A stretch of 63,872 nt of DNA, counting the filler, from Aduncisulcus paluster (lineage: Eukaryota): the NCBI GenBank assembly GCA_024181965.1. It is 6 parts of 6 records of this genome, joined end to end, with 100 filler letters (N's around TTAATTAATTAA, not from the genome) between each part and the next. Parts side by side here need not be neighbours in the genome. Positions count along the whole stretch, not along the records: positions 38,146 to 56,728 come from BQXS01011093.1; positions 56,829 to 60,857 come from BQXS01011094.1; 4 more parts are not named here. The stretch is one strand, 5' to 3'. Both the position numbers and the translations under genes were made by a program. Of this stretch, positions 47,444 through 58,900 are shown piece by piece; position 1 is the stretch's first letter; the number at the start of each line of letters is the position of its first letter. The notes beneath the pieces were generated by a model. That model did not search any database. It had not been told where the DNA came from and saw nothing but the letters and a program-made list of their open reading frames with translations.

Positions 47444-50400
47444 ATGGAGCAAACAATAGATGAACTTAAAGAAATTCAATATACAATAACATCACAGTTA
47501 TTGACAACTCAAGAAGAGGTTACTCGACGAAAAGAGGTACGTCAGCTTGGCTTTTCCATTATCTCTATTTTTACGCTATTTTATCGATTTATTTTAAGCT
47601 AATTTTACTATAATCATCTTTTTTGACTGAAAATTTTTTTTAAACTATACAAATTATTAAATTTTTTACCCAATCTGAATTTTACAGCGAGAATCAGAGC
47701 TCGAAAGTACAAATACAGCATTACTTATAAAATTAGAAGAAGCTTCCGGTGTTATTGAAGAGCTTAAGAAAACTGTTGAAGATGAAAAGCTTGCTCGTCA
47801 ACAGCTGGAAGAACAACAACTTAAACTTAATTCAGAAATCGATATGGAAATGGCACAGCTTCAAGAATCAATAAGCGAAGAGACAACAGTATTACGGAGT
47901 CAAGTTGATAAGCTTCGTGAAGATAATTCAAAGCTTCATGAAGAAATATCTTTTGCCATTGCTGAGAAAGAAAGGACAGAAAAAGCCTTAAATGATACAA
48001 TAACACTGCTCAGAGGTGAGTTGGCTGATGCCCATAGAGAATCTCGGGTTGATTTGAGACGAAAAGATGCAACAATGAGAGCTGAACTCGAAAGAACAGT
48101 CACCGAAAAAGAGGATAGGATAAGATCCCTCCAATCTAAATTAGAACGAGCCCGTGAGAAAGTTGCCGATAGGGAATCGTCGTTACGTGATGCAGAAGAT
48201 CAACTGGCCGAACGTCAGCAATCATTACTTACTGTAAGGGAGACTCTCGCCTCCTTGGAAGGGGATGTTCAGGCCCAAACCTCTAATTTGACCCGTCTCC
48301 AAAGTCGTCATGAAGAGATTATGGATAATGTTCGAGAGTTCACCTCATCCCTTTCCTCTTCTGCCTCTTCCTTGCATCGCCTCACCGAGCGAGTCATCCT
48401 TGACAGTGGAAGTCAGCTTGAGAGTGGATTGAAACGCATGAAGAGTGAGCATGAAGCACAGGAACGTCTTGTCCTCGAAGCAAGCACTCGTGCACGGAAC
48501 ATCCACATCTCTCTTGAGCGTGAGAAGAGCACACTCTCCCGCGAGTCTCATAGAGTACGTGAAGAGTGGATAAAAGACCGTGATGCTTTCTTACACACAC
48601 TCAGATCGATGGATGATAACACCCAGCAGAGAGTCAGGGAAGTTGCGGGGGAATTGAGTGCTACCAAGGATGAACAAGCCATCTTACACGCCAATCTTGA
48701 GGTTAGAGCTCGTGAAATTGTCGAAATGAAAGAGAGATTACGCTTTTTGGAGTCTAATAATGTCAAACAATTGGCAGAGGCCGCAGAAATGAATAGAGAT
48801 TTGCAAGAAAGGCTTGTCCGAGAGCATGACCGTGTTCAAATGGTTGAAAAATCTTACTCGGAAGTCGTGAAAGGTGTTAAAAGTGGCAGTAGGCAGATGG
48901 ATGACGTGAAGAGGCTTCAAGTCACCTTACGGCAGAGTCTTGAACGTCAAACAACGCAATTGGCTGAGCTTGACAGTGTTTATCAAGCATCTTTGGCAGA
49001 AGTTGAGCATGAACGGCAAGAAAACGAGAAAATGTCTCAGCAAATCATTGAATATCAGGAAGAAATGAGACGGGAGATGGAATCTGCTCTTTCACGCCAT
49101 TTCACAGTTAGCAAGAAGCTTTTGGATGATGAGAAACAGAAGAACAAAGAACTTGAGCACCACAATACTAGCCTTATGACTCAACTTCAGTCTGTCGAAA
49201 GCAGTTTACAACAACAAGTGTCTGAGGTTTCTGCAGAAAGAGATAGATTATTGAAAGAAATCACAGAGCTGAAGGCAAGGCCTGAAGTCACGAAGGAAGA
49301 GCAAGAGAGAATGCTTGTTCAGGATGAGAAAATGACGTTCCAACGTGAAAGAATTGCCCAGCTCGAGGAACAAATCGAACGGCTCCACCATGACCTTGAT
49401 TCTTTGATCGAAGAGAGAGAAGGAGAGGATAAAGCTTCCTCAGTGGAGATCCAATCACTGAAAACACAGACAACTGAGCTTGTTTCTCAGCTTGAGAAAG
49501 TTCAAAAAGATGTTGAAATTACTGTCGGTGAACTCGAGAAAGAAAAGAAGAAATTGTCATCCACATCTGCCACTCTAATTACCCAAATGCAAGAACTCCA
49601 GAATGGAGCTCTAAAAGTGGAAAAAGATAAAATCGCTGCAGAATCTCGTATTGTTGTGTTGGAGGAAGAGAACGCTGATCTCTCGAGACAAAACAATAAT
49701 AACGAAACCATTTTGGCAACCCAAAAAAGACAACTTGAGAAACTCGAGTCTCAACTCTCCAAACTCTCCTCAGAACTTCGTGTGTCACGTGCAGAAGCCG
49801 TCAGGAACAAACATAAGACGGAAGCCGAGAAAATTGCCGAAACCACAGCCGGTCTTGGGCATGAATCCTTGAGTCGTTTGCGTGAACGTGAGAAAGAGGC
49901 CGAAGAAGAAGAGATTGCCGGAGAACGGATGCGTAAGGATTCTTCTGGGAGTGCCATCTCTTCCCACCTCTCTCGGAGAGATGATAGGGGCAGTGTAAGT
50001 AGTGCTCGGGGCAGCACAATCTCAACGGCTGCATCTGATTCTCGGCCGGTATCTCATCTGGGAACAATCCCGGCTGTAGGCGGTATGTTTACCGAAGACA
50101 GGGATCGTCTCTCAGCAAGATCTGCCAAGGATGAAGAAATATCCCCCGTTGTTAGTGTTCCAACCGGTCACAGACCGGTAACTGCCGGCCTTAAATCCCC
50201 CGTGAGTCCCTCTTCCTTTGCTGGTGACGAGTTCGATGCTTCGGTGGATAGTCCTGGGTTGACGGATGAATATGATACCTCTATGCCTCCTCCTCCGTCT
50301 CTTCCCACGTTTGTCATTGAAAAAGAGGGCAAAGAGGATGTGAAGCAGGAAGAGGCCACCGTTGGAGACGGAGAACATGGGTTGGCAACCAAGCATTCCT

Positions 50401-50789
50401 CGTCGGCAATCTCATCGGTTTCTGCCGGTTCACCGACATCTTCTAAAATTAGCGCCACTTCCTCGATGGCTGGTGGAAAAGGGAAGGAAAGCAGGCCTGG
50501 GAGTGGGGCTTCAAGCTTGGTTGGGGCTAAATCTGTTGGATTTGTACCAGAGAAAGATAAGGAATCCAGAGCCGATGAGTTGAGAAAGAAGATGATGGAA
50601 AGACGGGAACGGATGAAGAAATCGTCTGCTAAATCCGCAATAGGAGTGGGTGGAAGCTCATCTAAAGGTGGAAAGACAAGTAGTCGGCTCATGGATCGTC
50701 TGCAATCACGGTTAGGTAAAAATAGAGCTAGACCTGGTCTTACGAGCACAACTATCAATAGAAATAAGAAATTAGTGGGTGAAGAATGA
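47444..50789 (+). CDS. Large coiled-coil protein; two exons (47444-47536, 47688-50789)
   Basis: A phase-0 151-bp intron GTACGT...TTTTACAG joins 'MEQTIDELK..RRKE' in frame to 'RESELES..' and the 47844 ORF. Confidence 0.78.
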
Positions 50790-51162
50790 TCAATTATGAG
50801 ATTTTGTTGAAATTATATCATTATTATTGTACTTTGCAGAATGGCAAAGATTCTTTGGTTTGTTTCGAATCTTTGCTCAATCAAGTAAATTAATCAATTT
50901 TTTCTGCTATCTTGTTTAGAATTTTTAATTTATGAGTTTTTTATGCCAAAAAATGCTGGTTTTAATTATGAATTAATGAGATAATTCGGAAATTTGGAAA
51001 TGAGCGACATTTTTTATATTAATTAGAAAGTATTGGGAATATTGGCAAATAAATTTTTAATATGGTGCAAAGATATATTTATTTTTGATATTTTGCATGA
51101 AAATTGATATGAATTCAACGGAATACCAAAATAATATTTCGTCTTCCTTTTTTTCGTTACAA

Positions 51163-54054
51163 ATGTCAGGAATCCCACTGAAAGTAGGTGACCCCGGATG
51201 GGAGCTGGTCGAATATCAGCTTCGTTTGGCGTGTGTCACAACTGATATCATTATTACTTCCATTCATGATGTTCGCGGAGATGCTAGGCAAGCTTCTGAA
51301 GATTCCATCGTCTGGTTACCCACCCATACAACAGATCCTTCTAAATTAGATTCAAGACCTGTCAAAGTTTTTAAAAGAATTAATCTTGCAAATACTCCTT
51401 CTCATGGAGGTCAGTATGAGTTCTATATGTGCTCATCCCCTTCTTCTGACAAGGCATATTGTATGGAAGGAGAAGAAAATGTCCGTAATACCAAACTTCC
51501 TGATGGTTTCTCCTGTATATATCAACATATTCCTTCTTTTGTTTCTCCAGCTATATCGCAAAGAATTAAAGCTGCTGAGCAAGATATTAGAGCACCTTTA
51601 CTTCAAAATGGTGAAGAATCTCTTATTTTATCGGAAGCTTTAAAAGAAATGAAAGAAATTCATGCCGACAGATCACTTCGGGATATTTCTCAATCTGCAT
51701 TGGCCGCTTTATATGGTGGAGAGGTTACTTATCCTTCTGGTGGTGCTGTTACCCCAATGTTCTTGGTTTCTTTCACTGTGGATCAAGATAGGAGATTAAA
51801 AGAGTCATTGTGTGATAATTGTAATGAAAGAATAGCCACTCTGTATTGTGATTCCGATAAAGCCAAGTTATGTCCTGAGTGTGATGCCCATATTCATTCC
51901 GTATCCCGTATTGCCTCGAGACATAAGCGTGTCCCTCTTACCGATCATCCTTCTTTCTTTGGGAATTGTAAGCACCATCCGGATCAAGTATGTACTCACT
52001 ATGACTTTGAGCTTGATTGTGCTCTCTGTGTTAAGTGTAAAATGGAAGGAACTCACGCCGTTGGTGAGAATGCCACACATAAACTCGTAGAACTGAAAGA
52101 AGCATATGATCAAGCCAAGGAGGCCAGTACAAAGCAAGATAGAGGTATTTCATCAAGGTGCAGTCAGCTACGGTCCCGTTTGCGCGAAGTTGATGAACGT
52201 ATGCGTGAAGTCTGCAGAAATTCGAAAGAGATTGAGGAAGAGCTTTTTACCATTGTAAGAAAAGCTGTAAATTCTCTCAGGAAAGCCACTTCCAAGAAGA
52301 TTGCTCTTCTCATCTCCGATGAACTCCGTCTCGAGCGTGATCTCATTGATATCGGTGTATCCGAACAATTCCTCCAAGTCGAGAAAGAAGAATTGAATCC
52401 TGTTGAATTTATGAGGATGTGGAAAGAGCACCAACGTCTCCGTGATAAAGTGCGTGAGAAATATGATGATGAGAAGTCCATGGGCTCCTCTTCGTTCATT
52501 TCGACCCTTGCCGACACCTCTATCCAGGGTCATATTGCTGTGTTCAGCAATGGTCAGATATGTGAGGATGACGAGGGCCATCATGGGGATGATCACCCCC
52601 GTGCTTCCACGCGTCATGTCCATATTCAACAGCCTGTCCAACAACCTGTGCGTCGTGCTTCCCCTCGTCCCCATACCAGTGCTTCTCTCGCAGAGGTCGG
52701 GAGTGCCGCTGTTCATTCTGCCGCCCCCATGACTGCCGCCACTAACCCCCCACTTCAATCTCCCACTTCAACCATACCAGAGTTCTCAATGCCTGTGTGG
52801 GATGAGCCCCTTGAGGAGCACAGAGAAGAGCGCAGTGATATTGGTACAAGTGGATTTGGAGACTCTGGGTTTGGTTTTGAAGGAGCTGGAGGTGGATTCA
52901 GGGCTACTCTCTTCAAGAAGAGTAAGAAGAGGAAGAGGGGATCTAAAGGAACCCTTGGTGGTCCAATGCACTCATCCGCTATGTTTAACTCAACCATAAT
53001 GGCTGATGATATCGCTGTCGAACAAACCCCTGCCTCCCAACTTACAACTGAGGAACTTGGTGCTGCTGGTCCTCATCAAAAACTCGCCTCTATGTCCTCC
53101 GCTGAGAAATCGGTCATGCAACGTCGTTTAGGAGCTCAGAAAGATGGGACAAACGCTTTCCGTTCATTTGGTGAGCGTTTTGCCACTATGGCGAAGAAGA
53201 AGAAAGATGAGAGAGACGAACAAGAACGCGTTGAAAGAGAGAAGAGGGAGAAGGCTGAGAGTGTTGCAGCTGATCGTAGGGTTGGTGAGTCAACACGCAC
53301 AGATGACGATGATCATTTGTTCTCTACTACTGTTGGTTCTTCACGTGGACCTGTTGGAGCTCCTCGTCTGCCCAAACAACCTAAAATGGTTGCTCACAAG
53401 CCACCAACCTCTTCTTCCGTATCCATGCCTGCTCCGGCAGCTGACTTTAGACACGCTCGTCTCACAACCGAGGCCGAGGCCCGCCGTCAACAAATGCTCA
53501 AAGCTGGAGTTCAAATCAGCAGTCAGCCTTTCGTGGATTCTTCTATTCTCACCACAAGCTTTGCCCAATTGTTATATTTCTCCCTTCCTTATGATTTTGC
53601 ACCCATTACCCTCAATCTTTACAATAGCAAGGACTTTGGTATGAATTTGCAGACTTTGCAGGCTGTTTCTAGTGATAATGGCGCCACTTGCATCATTATC
53701 AAGTGTGGGGAGCGTGTATTCGGTGGTTTTGCCTCTCAATCGTGGAGTATGGATGGTAAGCCCTTTGGCGACAGCAATTCCTTCCTTTTCTCTCTCGACG
53801 GAAACTTCAAACTTAAATGCAAAACCCATAGAGACGCTATTCCTCAGTATGGAGATAGTACTAGATTGTCTTTCGGTGTTACAGACCTTGTATTGGCTGG
53901 CGAAGAGTTGGAATCTTGTATCAGTGAAGTAGAAGATTCATATACCATTGGACTTGAGCCAGGGTCCGTTCAAGCTCAAACGTTGCTCGCTGGAAGGAGA
54001 GAATTTCAGCCTGATGCCATCGAAGTCTGGAAATTTAGTATGCCCCATGAATGA
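51163..54054 (+). CDS. Tandem B-box zinc finger + coiled coil + C-terminal TLDc domain protein
   Basis: B-boxes 'CDNC..LYCDSDKAKLCPECDAHIH..H' and 'CKHH..LCVKC'. TLDc motifs 'VFGGFASQSW..GDSNSFLFSL..FGVTDL..IEVW'. Confidence 0.85.
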   Translation: MSGIPLKVGDPGWELVEYQLRLACVTTDIIITSIHDVRGDARQASEDSIVWLPTHTTDPSKLDSRPVKVFKRINLANTPSHGGQYEFYMCSSPSSDKAYCMEGEENVRNTKLPDGFSCIYQHIPSFVSPAISQRIKAAEQDIRAPLLQNGEESLILSEALKEMKEIHADRSLRDISQSALAALYGGEVTYPSGGAVTPMFLVSFTVDQDRRLKESLCDNCNERIATLYCDSDKAKLCPECDAHIHSVSRIASRHKRVPLTDHPSFFGNCKHHPDQVCTHYDFELDCALCVKCKMEGTHAVGENATHKLVELKEAYDQAKEASTKQDRGISSRCSQLRSRLREVDERMREVCRNSKEIEEELFTIVRKAVNSLRKATSKKIALLISDELRLERDLIDIGVSEQFLQVEKEELNPVEFMRMWKEHQRLRDKVREKYDDEKSMGSSSFISTLADTSIQGHIAVFSNGQICEDDEGHHGDDHPRASTRHVHIQQPVQQPVRRASPRPHTSASLAEVGSAAVHSAAPMTAATNPPLQSPTSTIPEFSMPVWDEPLEEHREERSDIGTSGFGDSGFGFEGAGGGFRATLFKKSKKRKRGSKGTLGGPMHSSAMFNSTIMADDIAVEQTPASQLTTEELGAAGPHQKLASMSSAEKSVMQRRLGAQKDGTNAFRSFGERFATMAKKKKDERDEQERVEREKREKAESVAADRRVGESTRTDDDDHLFSTTVGSSRGPVGAPRLPKQPKMVAHKPPTSSSVSMPAPAADFRHARLTTEAEARRQQMLKAGVQISSQPFVDSSILTTSFAQLLYFSLPYDFAPITLNLYNSKDFGMNLQTLQAVSSDNGATCIIIKCGERVFGGFASQSWSMDGKPFGDSNSFLFSLDGNFKLKCKTHRDAIPQYGDSTRLSFGVTDLVLAGEELESCISEVEDSYTIGLEPGSVQAQTLLAGRREFQPDAIEVWKFSMPHE

Positions 54055-54705
54055 TTTTTTTATGAACATTATTAACAAACCCCATTTATATTACAGACCT
54101 TGCTATTATTAGTGTTACTCGATTGCCCATAAAGTTTATCGTTAGGTCTCACCTCTGGCTTCCTTTAAGGATAGTATGCCACCAGAACTTAATCAGTAAA
54201 ATGTATGACTTGTCAATATGCCAAATTGGTTCAACAACGCATTTCTTCATGGGTTGAATTGTACAAGAAGTGTCCATTTAAAAAAATTACTGTTTTTTCT
54301 TGCAATTGAAGCACGACGGGTTCTTTTAATGCCCATAATTATCTATTTATTCTATATTTCGAATTGAGGGTTTTAAAAAATGTGTTATGTCATGTTTATG
54401 ATCATTATTTGAGAAGTTAAATGCTTTCTTAAGAATATCCAAATCCTGGCTTATTCATTCACCATATTATGTCGGATCAATCCAAATATTCTAAAATTGA
54501 CGGTTCTCGGGATTATCTTGTGGCTAGATCTCATAGTAATCGAACCGCCACCCTATCTGACATCTATATTGTTCGACGAAATAATCATTGGTTGATTTTT
54601 GAATAGTTTCATCATATAGGCATTTTTTTCTGTCATCACATGATTATATAATCCTATTTTTTTTGTATTTTGCATATATATTTTTGTAATTATTGTTATA
54701 AGCGA

Positions 54706-55251
54706 ATGCGGATTTTTGGGAAAGTTATTTTCGATTATGGAGAGAGATTTCACTTTTCAGATATTTTCAGAGGACCTTATCCTGTTGGATGTTCTGGTCT
54801 ATCTGATATTGATGTATCTAAGACACATGCTGCCTTTTCAAAAAATCACAATAACCATCATTTATATAATTTTTTGAGAGGGGAAGGTATTTTATGTTTC
54901 TATCCTAATTTACATCTACCATTTATTGTCCCACATTCTATAAGTGAAATCGTTATTGGTCATCATGGTTGGCCATATGGAATCAAGGAGTTCAATGCTA
55001 CGTTCACTACATATGATGGAAGAGAGATTATTAAAAATTATCAGATGCCTGCCATGACGCCTTACCATTATTTTTGGATAGAGTTCCCAGTTTTCATTTG
55101 TGATGTTGTTGCTTGTGATATTCATGTTGTTTCTTCCTTGGATGGAAAGCATGATAATGTTCATTTGAATGGAATTAGGTTCTTAGTTGATAGTTGGGAA
55201 CATGACATTGAGTTTGAAATGGATAGATTGTCTCTGGAGCCATGGTTATGA
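54706..55251 (+). CDS. Hypothetical protein, lineage-specific domain family (related to 5383-6180)
   Basis: 'FLRGEG..LHLPF..FTTYDGREIIKNYQM..FWIEFPVFICDVVACDIHV..GIRF' shares the family pattern. Confidence 0.65.
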   Translation: MRIFGKVIFDYGERFHFSDIFRGPYPVGCSGLSDIDVSKTHAAFSKNHNNHHLYNFLRGEGILCFYPNLHLPFIVPHSISEIVIGHHGWPYGIKEFNATFTTYDGREIIKNYQMPAMTPYHYFWIEFPVFICDVVACDIHVVSSLDGKHDNVHLNGIRFLVDSWEHDIEFEMDRLSLEPWL

Positions 55252-55532
55252 ATTTATTATTATCAAGGGATTTCTGAAGGAATCTCGCTTCTAATTCACA
55301 TGGATTATTTCATTTTGGAGATCAATACCGTGTTTAATAAACCAAACCCCACCAATGGAATGAGAAACATCACTAATGCAGCGATTGGATATAGTGAAAG
55401 ACAAGAAATAAATATCATCATGTAGAAGAATATTACAAATTCATCCGGATGGTCATTCAAACAAACTTCCAGTTTAAGTTCATTTAATGGCTTTGCCCCN
55501 NNNNNNNNNNNNNNNNNNNTAATTCACATGGA

Positions 55533-56723
55533 TTATTTCATTTTGGAGATCAATACCGTGTTTAATAAACCAAACCCCACCAATGGAATGAGAAACATCA
55601 CTAATGCAGCGATTGGATATAGTGAAAGACAAGAAATAAATATCATCATGTAGAAGAATATTACAAATTCATCCGGATGGTCATTCAAACAAACTTCCAG
55701 TTTAAGTTCATTTAATGGCTTTGCCCCGATCATTTTGGCAAGAAATTCGTTCCAAAGCAAACGAAAGATTGAACTGATCCCACCTTTGTTCCACAATGTA
55801 TCCAATCGGAAAGGATGCATTTCTGTAATCACTACCTTTCCAAGAAAAACGATTGCTACAAAAAAACAACACAAGAGAACACAGACAACTCCTGACAAAA
55901 TCCATCCAAAACATTTCCACCCATAGAAAACAAAAGAATTCACGATTGTTTCACTCATTGAATATTTGGATAATGAGGAAACCTCTTGTTGAATATTACC
56001 TATTTTTAGGACATTCTCAAAAGAGTTCATCCATAGATTTAAATTTAAATTTGTTACCTTTGACTCTGAGGTTTCATCTTGCTCAGAATCAATAGAGAGG
56101 TCGATATAGTGATTATCGGAATAAATATTCCCATAGCAGCGTTCTATCATACTTTGGTTATCCATAGCGAAAACAGTATTGCTATTATTATTATAATCCT
56201 CAAAAAATGAAATATCTATTTTTGGACACTTGTTCGATGTCACCTTAAAATGCTGTAAATTGAAAGTTAACTGCATTTCACTCGATAGTTTTCCAATTCC
56301 CTTGGCACCAATTTCCAAAGTTCTCTCGATTTCTGCAACTTCTGCCTTGAAATGTCCTGTCAAGATGAACAAGGCATAACACACCACACAAATCCCAAGA
56401 CTAAGAATGATTACTCTGGTGGAATTGTCGTTTAGCAAGCCTTCAATTCTGGAGATTAACGCAGAACAATAGGGGTATATGAAAAATATCTGGGCAAAAA
56501 AGAAGAAAATGGCGGACAAATAAAGCGATAAGTTGTATAAATTCTGGAAAATTAAAATACCATTGACTCTCCCACCCCAATAAAACAAAGAAATCAACAC
56601 AATATTATATAGCATCAACAAAACGCATAATAAAACAAATATTTTGCCACAATTACCCTCATCAAAATCATCATATCGCTTAAACCCGCCAGGAATGGTG
56701 ATTGGATTGTTGACCTGAGACAT
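55533..56723 (-). CDS. Multi-pass membrane protein of unknown function
   Basis: 396-aa ORF with several hydrophobic segments. Confidence 0.65.
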   Translation of the reverse strand: MSQVNNPITIPGGFKRYDDFDEGNCGKIFVLLCVLLMLYNIVLISLFYWGGRVNGILIFQNLYNLSLYLSAIFFFFAQIFFIYPYCSALISRIEGLLNDNSTRVIILSLGICVVCYALFILTGHFKAEVAEIERTLEIGAKGIGKLSSEMQLTFNLQHFKVTSNKCPKIDISFFEDYNNNSNTVFAMDNQSMIERCYGNIYSDNHYIDLSIDSEQDETSESKVTNLNLNLWMNSFENVLKIGNIQQEVSSLSKYSMSETIVNSFVFYGWKCFGWILSGVVCVLLCCFFVAIVFLGKVVITEMHPFRLDTLWNKGGISSIFRLLWNEFLAKMIGAKPLNELKLEVCLNDHPDEFVIFFYMMIFISCLSLYPIAALVMFLIPLVGFGLLNTVLISKMK

Positions 56724-56828
56724 GGTTGNNNNNNNNNNNNNNNNNNNNNNNNNNNNNNNNNNNNNNNNNNNNTTAATTAATTAANNNNNNNNNNNNNNNN
56801 NNNNNNNNNNNNNNNNNNNNNNNNNNNN

Positions 56829-58590
56829 TTTTCAATTCTGAATCCGTATGTCTTCTCTTACCAGACTTCTTGCTTGTCTCTTCCTTTCCTCTTCCTTCTC
56901 TCTTCTCCTTTTTATGCTTTGTTGGCTTTGTTGGCTTAGAACCTCCACTGGAAACCTCCTTCTCCTCTTTCTCCTCTTTCTTCTCCTTTTTCGTATATAA
57001 CGACTTATGTTTCTTTTCAGACATTTTCAACCCTAACCTTGAGGATCTATCAGCCTTTCTTTGTGTTGTTATTACTCCTCTTCCGGCTAACTTCCTCCTC
57101 TGTCCATGTCTCAATCCCCTCTCCCTATGAAGCCATTCTTCCTTCTTTGCAAGCATCCATGATGGTACTTTAGTCCCACTCCTTTCAAAGACTTCTAGTA
57201 AGTTCCCTAATAAAAAAACATCGTCTTCAGTGAACATTGTAACACACGTTCCCTTAGTCTGTCTTCCACTTCGTCCAGCTCTATGGACAAGAACTTCCCT
57301 GCTCTTGGGAGTGTCGTAGTTAATCACTGTGTTAACACCCTTGAAATCTAGACCACGAGCAATCAGATCAGTGCAAATCAACATCCACACAGAACCTTGG
57401 TGGAATGCCTTCAAAATAGCCTCTCTCTCTGCGTGTGAACGTGACCCATGGATCGTCTCAATGATATGTTCATCATACACAAGTTCTGTGTAGAGTTGGG
57501 CAGCTCTCTCCTTAGTGTCAACAAAAACAAGAGTTGGAGGTGATAACGAGGGGAGTAAATTACGGAGATATGTCAGTTTACCTTTTTCATCACCACAGAA
57601 GACAAGCTTATGGTCGACATTCTTGGTTGTGGCACATTTGTCACCAATGTCAACACGGACAGGGTCACGGGTAATGGACAAGGCAAGTGCAGAGGCCGTG
57701 GAAGACATGGTGGCAGAGAAGAAAGCTATTTGGATGGGCGTATGTGAGATATGGAACATGTGTTTCTCCTTTTTGCTCAGTTTCTTCTCTGCTTTCTTCT
57801 GTTTCTTTTCAGAAAGAGCAGAGAACTCAGTCATTGCATCGATCCTACGACGCTGTATTGTTTGAATAGATTCCATCACTTCATCCGTCTGTTCAATGAA
57901 TTGTTTATCCAAAAGTCGGTCAACCTCATCAAGAACAATGTATTCAAGGGTATCAAAAGATATTAGTTCGGAACGTAATAAATTGATTAAACGAAGGGGA
58001 GAACTAATTATAACATCAGTCTTCTTGCCTCTCTTAAGCATTTTAATTCCAGGACAATCATAACTCTTTAAACAAGCAACTGTAAGATCACCATATTTCT
58101 CATCCGAAGAGGGGTTCTCTTTGATAGCTGTAAGCATAATCTCTAATTCATCTCCAATCTGGGACACCAATTCCGCAGTAGGAGCAAGAATAACCGCCCG
58201 AACTCCAAGTTTAGAATGGGATTGGAGTTTGGCAATTAAAGGAAGTAAAAAAGCACCTGTTTTACCACTTCCAGTCTCAGCTATAGCAATAATATCTCTA
58301 TTTTCAAGTGCAGACGGAATACAAGCAGCCTGGACAGGGGTTGGAATAGTCCATTCCTGTTTAGTGATAGCTGGTAGCAACCATTCATATTTTGAAATTA
58401 AACTCTCAAATGATAACATAATTTCAGATCCTTCTATGTCAGATTTTATCCCTAAATCTTCTTTAATAGTAGATTGATCCTTCTTCTTATATAAAACCGT
58501 TTCTGAAACAGCTAATGACCCACGAGCCTTTTTAGGCTTTAATTTGCTATTTTTGGCGAAGGTGATACCCTGTGTAAGTTGCTTCCACAT
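56829..58590 (-). CDS. DDX52: DEAD-box RNA helicase, DDX52/ROK1-like; C-terminus cut by linker
   Basis: Q motif 'PTPVQ', 'AETGSGKT', 'DEVD', 'SAT', 'PPTLVFVDTKERAAQLY.EL', 'VWMLICTDLIARGLDFKGVN' and 'HRAGRSGR'. Confidence 0.88.
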
Positions 58591-58900
58591 CTTAAAACCT
58601 CACGAAAATGCTGATTTGATTTTCAGAGAGAAAATATGCGGCAAAGATATATAATTCAATCTATTTCTGATTTAACACGAAATAAGAAGGCATAAATATA
58701 TTAATAAACTTTGATATATATAGAAATCTATGTGATAATTAGAGTCGATCTCTTCCCGGCTCATTTAGCTGAAGGGGAGAAAACATTTATCTGAATCAAC
58801 ATTAACATACCATCAACACCTACTTTATTCCCACAAACCTCGAACTTACAATCAAATAGAAAATCGGACCAAGAATTTCGATTTGCACACCAAATTTCAA

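Noticed and set aside
58730-58768. Possible intron or micro-exon upstream of DRC1 (frame opens after TTTAG at 58768)
   Set aside because: I found no donor that gives an in-frame ATG. It cannot be resolved without RNA data.
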